Positions 57,260 through 64,000 of a DNA stretch of 64,000 bases are shown piece after piece (the first letter of the stretch is position 1; every line of letters begins with the position of its first letter). Under the pieces are notes generated by a model, which did not search any database, was not told the origin of the DNA, and saw only the letters and a list, made by a program, of their open reading frames with translations. A program made the position numbers and the translations under genes. This stretch comes from Bdellovibrionales bacterium (GTDB lineage: Bacteria > Bdellovibrionota > UBA1018): assembly GCA_016786465.1 (NCBI GenBank), contig JAEUWC010000016.1:146422-210421 (forward strand), written 5' to 3'.

Positions 57260-58211
57260 GGTTTTGAATCAGGTCGGGTTTGCCGTTGTTTTGCGCTTGG
57301 ATTACCACATGTTGCCCACAAAAGCCGCTGTTCAAAACGGCTTGGGTTAGGGTCGGCCCAGCTTCGACTAGGATTGAATTCAGCCCTTTTTCACCCAGTT
57401 CTTTCAACGTTTTTTCAAGTTCCTGGCGAATCCAAACGTCGTGGCCGTTTTCCTGGGCTTTTTGAATCCAGTCCCTAGGGGTTCTGGAATGGCGGTCCAT
57501 GACGACCAAGATTCGCGGCTTTCCTTGCCGAACCGCCGCGTGGTCTTGCAGGTGCCGAACCGTAAAAAGCGGGCGGTCCGCCAGGACGGTTCCGATACCC
57601 GTTAAAATCGCGTCGGACTGCCGGCGCAGCCGGTGTGCAAAATGAAGCGATTCGGGTGACGTGAAAGTCTTTTTTCCTGCCGGAGGAATCATGCTGCCAC
57701 TTGGGTCCAACGCCTGTTTGACCACAACCCAGGGATACCCTTTCACCAGTCGGTGGGCCCAGGGGCGGATCAGTTCACGGCATTTCAATTCTTCTTCCTT
57801 CATCCCTAGTTCAGAAAGGGTCTGCACCTGAACACCGGATTCTTTCAAAGCATTCCCGCCGCCGCCTTTCACAAGCGAATTCGGGTCTGAAACGCCGTAA
57901 ATCACGCGCGGAACCCGCGAATCCTGAATCGCCTTTGTGCAAGGGGGCGTTTTTCCGGTGTGATTGCAAGGTTCCAAGGTCACGAAAAGGGTGTGGATTT
58001 GCGGGGTCTTGCCCTGGTGATGAATTTGCTGAAGCAAACCGGCTTCAGCATGCGACTGGCCCGCTTTTTCATGGGCCGAAACCCCAAGGATCCGTCCTTC
58101 GGAATCCCAGGCCACTGCCCCAACCGGAGGATTGGGCGCCGTCGCACCCACAAATTCCCAGGCGCGCGCAAGCGCTTCTTCGATGCCAGGTTTTAATGGG
58201 AAAGTAGCCAT
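57240..58211 (-). CDS. ribD: riboflavin biosynthesis deaminase/reductase
   Basis: CMP/dCMP-type zinc deaminase motifs (HAE..., LEPCNHTGKTPPC) followed by a reductase domain. Confidence 0.85.
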   Translation of the reverse strand: MATFPLKPGIEEALARAWEFVGATAPNPPVGAVAWDSEGRILGVSAHEKAGQSHAEAGLLQQIHHQGKTPQIHTLFVTLEPCNHTGKTPPCTKAIQDSRVPRVIYGVSDPNSLVKGGGGNALKESGVQVQTLSELGMKEEELKCRELIRPWAHRLVKGYPWVVVKQALDPSGSMIPPAGKKTFTSPESLHFAHRLRRQSDAILTGIGTVLADRPLFTVRHLQDHAAVRQGKPRILVVMDRHSRTPRDWIQKAQENGHDVWIRQELEKTLKELGEKGLNSILVEAGPTLTQAVLNSGFCGQHVVIQAQNNGKPDLIQNHVYWNH

Positions 58212-58429
58212 TAACGGCTACGGTTCATCATTCCGTGGGGGGTTTTCAAGACCTTTTCGTCGGTGTGAGTGCGATTCGGTTGGGACCCCTGGCCGTTTTG
58301 GAAAAGGGCCGAAAGAAGAATTCCAACGAAGGCTCCGGCTAGAAGGGACAGTCCCCTTCCCGACCAAGTCTTTAGGATCTGTACGAAGCTAGGGATGTTT
58401 TCTGACTTCAGGGCCGACTGAACTTTCAT
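58211..58429 (-). CDS. small hypothetical membrane protein translationally coupled to ribD
   Basis: 72 aa with one hydrophobic helix. Its stop overlaps the ribD start (TAATG). Confidence 0.4.
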   Translation of the reverse strand: MKVQSALKSENIPSFVQILKTWSGRGLSLLAGAFVGILLSALFQNGQGSQPNRTHTDEKVLKTPHGMMNRSR

Positions 58430-58460
58430 CGCGGCTGGTCATATCAAAGCCGCCCGGCCC

Positions 58461-59837
58461 TTACAAGACTATTTTAGTCTGGAATTGAAGTCGATCCAAA
58501 TAGTCCTTTGATGGCGAATACTTAGACACTTCTTCAGGCTGAAAATAGAGCAAATAAAGGTTGTGCAAGGTCATATAGTCCAACCCTGAAAACCGATCAC
58601 CCGCCGAAAAGTACCAATCGCCCTCCTTATATACGGGCGGATTGGCTCGGGTGCGGCGGTGACTGTAAAAGCGGTCAGGACTGTTCCAGCTGTTCATGTC
58701 GGATTGGACCGGACCATTGTCAGGTGCATTGTTCAACATCCCTAAAAAGAAGTTCTGAGTCAGACGGCTTTTAGGATGAAGTTTTTTGTCAAAGATCACC
58801 GCGTGCTGAAGCGGGTACATCGGAATGTCGTACATCTTGTCCAAACGTTTGAAGGCTCGTTGGGTGTGGGCACCCCACGTATTGCTGATGGATCCCAGGA
58901 CAAAAATCATCGAACGCGTGAACCACTGATACGGAAGCGGCGTCGCTCCCAAGACGGGCATCAGCAACAAAGAAGACCAATCGCGGCTCAGGTCATCCAA
59001 TGCTTCTTCCCCGGTCACTTGTCTTGCGGCTTCCAAGATCGGGCCTGAAAAAATTCGAGCATCCGGCCCCTTGTCGACATTTTTTCCCGTGTCCGGCCGC
59101 ACGATTCTCCAAGCCTTGCGCTTTCCGTTACCGTTCACGTAGCGCACCATGCTTTCGACCTGACGGTTGACCATGCGACGAAGATTTCTTCCGTTCCAGT
59201 CGTCTTTTTCATCCAGAAATTTTCCAAGAAGGCGATAACCGGCAAGCAAACTGATCACCTGATCTTGGCTGACTTCGTTTCCGACGACACCCAGGCCTCG
59301 GGCTTCGTCGACACTGCCGGCTTCAATTCCTTGCACGTCTTTCATCGGGCGATTTTTCAAGAAATCGACAGGAATGTCTTCGCGCACAAAGTAACCATCG
59401 ATACGATCAGGAATTCCCGCGCGTTGGTTCGCGTGCTTCGACAGACGATCGAAAGCATTGAGCGCATAAAAAATTTCCATTCGCACGGCCTTAGTATCCG
59501 CGCCCGACTTGCGAAGTAGCGCAAGTTCCGTCGCCAAGACCGAAAGGTACTGTCCCAAGTAGCAGGTCGAATCAGCGTAGAAAAGTGATCCTCCCATCAA
59601 GATCGGAGCAGGGACGCTTTCTCCTGGCTCGTCTCCGACCCAAACAAAGCTATTCAGAAGATTCGTGCGATACCGCCAGTAGCGATCCAAGGGCGCCGTT
59701 TCCGACGCGGATGCGATTCCGCGTTTGGCCTTTAAGATCCCGACTCGGTGCAGACTCAGTGCTCCGACCAAAAGGAAAACGCCCAGAAACAATCCCTTAA
59801 AAATTGCCGCCAACGGTTTGACATTTTTACGCTTCAT
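58461..59837 (-). CDS. hypothetical secreted/membrane-anchored protein
   Basis: 458 aa, N-terminal hydrophobic anchor, no recognised domain. Confidence 0.55.
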   Translation of the reverse strand: MKRKNVKPLAAIFKGLFLGVFLLVGALSLHRVGILKAKRGIASASETAPLDRYWRYRTNLLNSFVWVGDEPGESVPAPILMGGSLFYADSTCYLGQYLSVLATELALLRKSGADTKAVRMEIFYALNAFDRLSKHANQRAGIPDRIDGYFVREDIPVDFLKNRPMKDVQGIEAGSVDEARGLGVVGNEVSQDQVISLLAGYRLLGKFLDEKDDWNGRNLRRMVNRQVESMVRYVNGNGKRKAWRIVRPDTGKNVDKGPDARIFSGPILEAARQVTGEEALDDLSRDWSSLLLMPVLGATPLPYQWFTRSMIFVLGSISNTWGAHTQRAFKRLDKMYDIPMYPLQHAVIFDKKLHPKSRLTQNFFLGMLNNAPDNGPVQSDMNSWNSPDRFYSHRRTRANPPVYKEGDWYFSAGDRFSGLDYMTLHNLYLLYFQPEEVSKYSPSKDYLDRLQFQTKIVL

Positions 59838-59902
59838 CTTACTTTCGTTTCGGCGTCATTCAGTGAAAAGCTGACAAGAACTTCATTCGTATGCTGTAAT
59901 TC

Positions 59903-60667
59903 ATGGCTATGTTGAAAATCACTTTGATGGCGACGACCCTGATTCTTTCCACCCTGACTGCTTTTGCAGAAGACCAGCCGGCGGCTTCGGCTTCTGCCGC
60001 TTCGGCCCCTGCGGATTCGGCAAAGCCGGAAGCGAAACCTTCACCTTCTCCTTCTGCGGTCCCTTCACCCAAGCCTTCAGAAACCCCCGTCGCCGAAGAA
60101 GCGCCTGGAAAAATTTGGAAAGCCGGAATCTATCTGGCACCGATTCAAATTCCACGACTGATGACCGCTGGCGTGGAAGGCCGGATTTTCGATGCTCTGG
60201 GATTGTCGCTTGAAAAGTGCTTCTTCCCCAAAGTCAGCTATAAAGACATTTCTGCAAAAATCGACGGATTCGAAGCACGTCCGCGTTGGTATCCGTTTCG
60301 TGGTTCTTTCTTCTTGGGACTGGGTGTCGGTAGCCTAAGCGTGATCGGCAGCAAAACCGAACTGATCGCCGGTGAAGCCGTCGAAGTCACGGCCGACGTC
60401 ACTGCAAGCTATATCGCGCCGATGATGGGTTGGACGTGGGGTGCAAAAAAGGGCGGATTCTTCTACGGAATGGAATTGGGCGTTCACTTGAACACCAGCG
60501 TGAAGACCCAAGTTGAATCATCCAGCAACAGCCCGGCTGTTTTGGCCGCACAACAATTCGTCGACTTGAAAGGCATGGTTGAAAACCAGGCCCGCAACGC
60601 GATTGATCCGTTTACGAAGTACCCCATCCCCATTCTGGGTCTGATGAAATTCGGCTGGATGTTTTAA
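59903..60667 (+). CDS. hypothetical secreted protein with Ala/Pro/Ser-rich N-terminal linker
   Basis: Signal peptide, then low-complexity AEDQPAASASAASAPADSAKPEAKPSPSPSAVPSPKPSETPVAEEAPGK. C-terminal aromatic residue (MKFGWMF) suggests an OMP-like fold. Confidence 0.5.
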   Translation: MAMLKITLMATTLILSTLTAFAEDQPAASASAASAPADSAKPEAKPSPSPSAVPSPKPSETPVAEEAPGKIWKAGIYLAPIQIPRLMTAGVEGRIFDALGLSLEKCFFPKVSYKDISAKIDGFEARPRWYPFRGSFFLGLGVGSLSVIGSKTELIAGEAVEVTADVTASYIAPMMGWTWGAKKGGFFYGMELGVHLNTSVKTQVESSSNSPAVLAAQQFVDLKGMVENQARNAIDPFTKYPIPILGLMKFGWMF

Positions 60668-61787
60668 GGCTGCGAAGCCAGATTGAACAGTCGTGATAAA
60701 GCTTCTTGGCTTTTTCGGCGATCGTCTTTCGATCGATGCGAATCCAATTGACCACGCCCAAGGCAGCCAGGGATCCTAGCAGATAGGGCCCTAGCTCTAC
60801 GCCTCGGGTAGTCGCAATGGCACCGGCCACGGAAAGAATGGAACCGACCATCGCAAAAGACTGGTTGCGAATTTCGACCGTGTCTTTGTCGACGCCTTTT
60901 TCCAAAAGTCGCGCGCGTTCACGAAAGACCCCGATTTCATAGATGCCTTGTGAAAGAGTACTGAGTAGCGCAGCCACCGCGATTTCTTCCTGCATAGTCA
61001 GAAAGCCAATCGAAGGATCGATTCCTAAAAGCAGGTACGCCCCTTTGATCAGGTTCACGAAAATATGTTCAGTCAGAAACCACTTCCCCATTCTTTCCAC
61101 AAACGAACTTCCCGACTTCAGAAGTCCCATCAGCTTTCCAGTCTGATCTTTGAAGATCTTGTCCGAAATCTTCGAATGGTCCGTGAATTCAGAAAGCTTG
61201 GACAGGTTCCAGGTCACGCCCGCACAAAGTCCGGCAACAAAGATCCCGGCCGCCACCGCGATTTCAGGGGGCTGATTCATGACCATCAACGACCAACTTT
61301 GAATCACGCCATTCGCAATTCCCCGAACTGCGGTGAAACTGAGCCGATAGTTCGATCGAAACCATTTCTTCAGCTTTTCTTTCAAAGCCGGATTCACTTC
61401 TTTTGCTGGAAGCTTCACGTCCCGAACCGGAATCGGAACCGGCTGAGAATCCAAGGCCAAAAGCTTTTTAAGATCACCCAGGACCGACTGGGGCTTGCGT
61501 CCCTTCTGACTGCCTGCATCGGTGATCCAAGTCAGCGAAATTGTCAGTTTAGGGTTGGCCTTCAGATCTTCTTGAACTTGTTTCTTCAGAAACTCAAAAA
61601 TTCGAGCTTCTTCGGCATCGTTATTCCAAGCCGAAGCGAAAACTTCGGCGTAATTCAAAGTCTGATCATCGACCGCCACGCGAGTCTGAAAAATCCAAGT
61701 TTCCGGGTCAGCCGCGTGGCTCGGATTGGCGATCCCAGAAACGAAACCGAAAAGCATGACGCAAAGAAGCAGAATTTGTCGGTTCAT
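60612..61787 (-). CDS. hypothetical membrane protein (signal peptide, periplasmic domain, C-terminal TM helices)
   Basis: 391 aa. Signal peptide MNRQILLLCVMLFGFVSGIA and several C-terminal hydrophobic helices. Confidence 0.55.
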   Translation of the reverse strand: MNRQILLLCVMLFGFVSGIANPSHAADPETWIFQTRVAVDDQTLNYAEVFASAWNNDAEEARIFEFLKKQVQEDLKANPKLTISLTWITDAGSQKGRKPQSVLGDLKKLLALDSQPVPIPVRDVKLPAKEVNPALKEKLKKWFRSNYRLSFTAVRGIANGVIQSWSLMVMNQPPEIAVAAGIFVAGLCAGVTWNLSKLSEFTDHSKISDKIFKDQTGKLMGLLKSGSSFVERMGKWFLTEHIFVNLIKGAYLLLGIDPSIGFLTMQEEIAVAALLSTLSQGIYEIGVFRERARLLEKGVDKDTVEIRNQSFAMVGSILSVAGAIATTRGVELGPYLLGSLAALGVVNWIRIDRKTIAEKAKKLYHDCSIWLRSLKTSSRISSDPEWGWGTS

Positions 61788-61796
61788 CCGAACCGC

Positions 61797-62885
61797 TTAT
61801 CGGTAAGTCGTTGAAATCTCTTGAAAGCGAAGTTTAGGATTCTGCGCATCGTTTTGGGAATCCAAAACCCAGTCGCAAATCGTGCGAACCCAGTCAGGAG
61901 ATGAATTCAAGCTAGGAACCAAGCGAAGATCGCCACCGCCTAAGGCCTGAAACGATTCGCGCCCCCGAATCGTAATTTCTTCCAAGGTTTCCAGGCAATC
62001 CGCCACAAACGCTGGGCAAACCACCAGAACACGCTTTCGCCCCTGCTTGGCCAATTCTTCGTAAAGCACGTCAGTATAGGGCTGAATCCATGGCGTCCTG
62101 CCTAAGCGGCTTTGAAAGCTAACGGCGTAACGGTCCTTGGGGATTTCAAGAAGCTTGGCCAATTCCCGGGCCGTCGCAAAAGACTGAGCACGGTAGCAGT
62201 TTCGATTCTTTTCCGTGATCTTTTCGCAGCAGCTGGCAGCGGCTAAACAGTGGCGTCCTGAATCATCAGTCTTTTGGACATGTCTTTCGGGAACCCCGTG
62301 AAAACTAAACAAGGTAAAATCGGGCTGAAATTCTTGGGATGCCTTCCGCACTTGTTCTTGAAACGCGCGCAAAAAACCGGGGTCATCGTAAAAATCCTTC
62401 AACCAGCGAACTTTGGGTTGGGTGCCAGCGCCTGAATAAACCTTTCGAAACTGGGTCTTGAAAAACTGAAGCGATGAAAGGGTCGCGGCGTAGCTGTACT
62501 GCGGGTACAAAGGCAGAAAAAGGATTTCGGCGACGCCTTCGTCTTTGAATTCCCGAAGTGCTTTTTCTAACGAAGGGTGGCCGTACCGCATCGCAAGCTT
62601 GACACTGTACCCGGATCCCATTTCGCGGGCCACCCCTTTACACAGATCTTCGGAATGCCAAAGAAGCGGCGAACCTCGTTCAGTCCAAATTTTTTGATAG
62701 GCTTCGGCTGATTTCTTGGGACGAGTGCGAAGAATAATTCCATGAACTAAGGCTGCGCGAGCAATCCAAGGAATATCGATCACGTAGGGGTCCATCAGAA
62801 ATTCGCCTAGGTAATTTCTGACGTCAGAAACTTGGGTAGAAACCGGGGTTCCCAGATTCAAAAGTAGGACGCCGAACTTGCCCAT
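61797..62885 (-). CDS. hemH: ferrochelatase
   Basis: N-terminus MGKFGVLLLNLGTP, LYPQYS motif, and a His/Glu-containing active-site region. 362 aa. Confidence 0.85.
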   Translation of the reverse strand: MGKFGVLLLNLGTPVSTQVSDVRNYLGEFLMDPYVIDIPWIARAALVHGIILRTRPKKSAEAYQKIWTERGSPLLWHSEDLCKGVAREMGSGYSVKLAMRYGHPSLEKALREFKDEGVAEILFLPLYPQYSYAATLSSLQFFKTQFRKVYSGAGTQPKVRWLKDFYDDPGFLRAFQEQVRKASQEFQPDFTLFSFHGVPERHVQKTDDSGRHCLAAASCCEKITEKNRNCYRAQSFATARELAKLLEIPKDRYAVSFQSRLGRTPWIQPYTDVLYEELAKQGRKRVLVVCPAFVADCLETLEEITIRGRESFQALGGGDLRLVPSLNSSPDWVRTICDWVLDSQNDAQNPKLRFQEISTTYR

Positions 62886-62888
62886 TGC

Positions 62889-63746
62889 TTAGTAGATCAG
62901 ACCCAAGGTCAAAAAGAAGTTTCCAGGCGCTCCGGCGGCACGATCTGTTCCTAAAAGTGTCGAGTAGCGCAAAGTCAAAGTCATGCTGGTTTGCGAAAGC
63001 CGAAACAGGTGAATGCCTGCTTGACCGGTCAGTGCGAATCCCGACGAAGCTTTCAAAAGGCTATCGAAGACGACGCCGTAACCGAAATTCGCGCCCAAAA
63101 AAGGCGAAACGTCCTGACCCGAAAAAAGATAGCGACCGCCCAAGCCAGCGACCCAGAAGCTTCCTACCGACGAAAGCGAACTTGCCGCTTCAATTTGCAA
63201 AATCGCTTTATCCAGATCCCACGCACGTCCCATCACAAAAGATGGCAGAACCGATTCAGGACGCCAATTGCTTGCCAACCCTCCGCCAAATTCAAAATAC
63301 GAAACCGAACGAGCGGGCAGACGCCGATTGGTTCGCGTGATTTCTTCATCCGAAATTTCTTTGTGCTTCTGATTTTCTTCGGCGTTCGTGCCATTCACCA
63401 CCGCACGTGTCAGGCGCGCGACCAAAGTGTCCATTTCGTCAAGCTTCTGCGCCTTCAACTGATCGGACTTCACGACTTGCCTGCCCTGAATTTTTTCAAG
63501 GGTCAGAACAAAAGCTGCACCCATTTTCAAAGCCCTGGGCTGAATTTCAAAATCGGCATCGCTGGGATTGTTCGTCGTTTCGTGCCCTAGTTTTCGAAGT
63601 TCGTTGCCCACTAAATCCGTCATCGCCGATGCATCATCGGCTCCGTTTCCAAGCGGAGCCCGCACGAAGAACTTGTCCGAAGCTTGGGCTTTAAACGCCG
63701 AAAAGTAGATCGCGACGCCGGCGACCAGTAACATTTTGATTTTCAT
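62889..63746 (-). CDS. outer-membrane beta-barrel protein (hypothetical)
   Basis: 285 aa. Signal peptide, and a C-terminal amphipathic strand ending in an aromatic residue (LTLGLIY). Confidence 0.5.
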   Translation of the reverse strand: MKIKMLLVAGVAIYFSAFKAQASDKFFVRAPLGNGADDASAMTDLVGNELRKLGHETTNNPSDADFEIQPRALKMGAAFVLTLEKIQGRQVVKSDQLKAQKLDEMDTLVARLTRAVVNGTNAEENQKHKEISDEEITRTNRRLPARSVSYFEFGGGLASNWRPESVLPSFVMGRAWDLDKAILQIEAASSLSSVGSFWVAGLGGRYLFSGQDVSPFLGANFGYGVVFDSLLKASSGFALTGQAGIHLFRLSQTSMTLTLRYSTLLGTDRAAGAPGNFFLTLGLIY

Positions 63747-63870
63747 AGGTATTGCGAGACTAAGCCCAGATCTTCAGCGAGTCAAAAAGTCCCCTATCCC
63801 TTGGAAAAGACTGATGAAAAATCACAAACTCCTAGTTGACTCAATGCATCAGATTAGGTAACTCTAGCTT

Positions 63871-64000
63871 CATATGAAAGTCGCAAAAGTCAGTTACAAG
63901 GCGAAAGACGCCGGACGCCAGTTTGCCGAAAGTCTAAGAAACACCGGGTTCGCGGTGATCGTGGATCACCCGATTCCATTTTCTTTGATCGAAGAAACCT
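63871..64000 (+). CDS. partial CDS, possible 2OG-Fe(II) oxygenase N-terminal region (3' end outside window)
   Basis: MKVAKVSYKAKDAGRQFAESLRNTGFAVIVDHPIP resembles the non-haem dioxygenase N-terminal domain. Truncated by the window edge. Confidence 0.35.

Noticed and set aside
58211-58460. Possible FMN riboswitch upstream of ribD
   Set aside because: I looked on the sense strand for the conserved FMN-element segments (GGATTC, GTGAAATTCC, AAAGTCCGGATG-like) and did not find them. The region is instead occupied by a small ORF. It was not called, though a covariance-model scan would be decisive.
61065-61814. 249-aa plus-strand ORF antisense to the 391-aa membrane-protein gene
   Set aside because: No start context or motifs. 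The minus-strand gene has a signal peptide and TM helices, so it is the more plausible coding frame.
1-64000. CRISPR arrays, tRNA/rRNA genes, IS elements, integrases, reverse transcriptases, toxin-antitoxin pairs
   Set aside because: I saw no direct-repeat/spacer periodicity, no cloverleaf-like GC-rich 75-90 nt islands in the few intergenic gaps, and no ORFs with transposase, integrase or RT motifs. The window appears to be core chromosome rather than a mobile island.

Overview
The window is a gene-dense stretch (about 60 CDS, over 90% coding) that looks like core chromosome of a predatory Bdellovibrio-like bacterium. That origin is an inference from about 50% GC, an FHA-GGDEF DgcB-like cyclase, and many secreted proteases, lipoproteins and OMP beta-barrels. 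No tRNA, rRNA, CRISPR array, integrase, transposase or reverse transcriptase was seen. Recognisable housekeeping genes: acyl-CoA dehydrogenase 3' end, pgi, FHA-GGDEF dgc, mutL, miaA, DUF299 PEP-synthase regulatory kinase, ilvE, hldA, heptosyltransferase, cmk, hisC-like aminotransferase, queC plus a divergent queF-like gene, lytic transglycosylase, rimI-like GNAT, thrS without its TGS domain, a SAMHD1-like HD dNTPase, an epimerase-SRPBCC fusion, an SDR, divergent comEC and comM, a Dus, TerC, an ISC-type ferredoxin, an FPP-type prenyl synthase, trmO-like, a type-2 (eukaryote-like) ileS, ribD-ribE-ribBA-ribH, a PAP2 phosphatase, DoxX and hemH. The less ordinary material is listed in the findings: (1) a four-gene minus-strand operon of OMP beta-barrel, GT4 glycosyltransferase, a 919-aa lipoprotein with an S/P-rich linker, and a 312-aa secreted protein; (2) a 954-aa Cys-rich lipoprotein with NHL-like beta-propeller repeats; (3) an orphan NrfD/PsrC-family membrane protein with a tiny twin-Cx3C lipoprotein, lying divergent to a cytochrome-b-like protein; (4) a metzincin lipoprotein co-transcribed with a tandem-repeat PMGMG protein. 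All functional calls rest on motif recognition by eye; no database searches were run.
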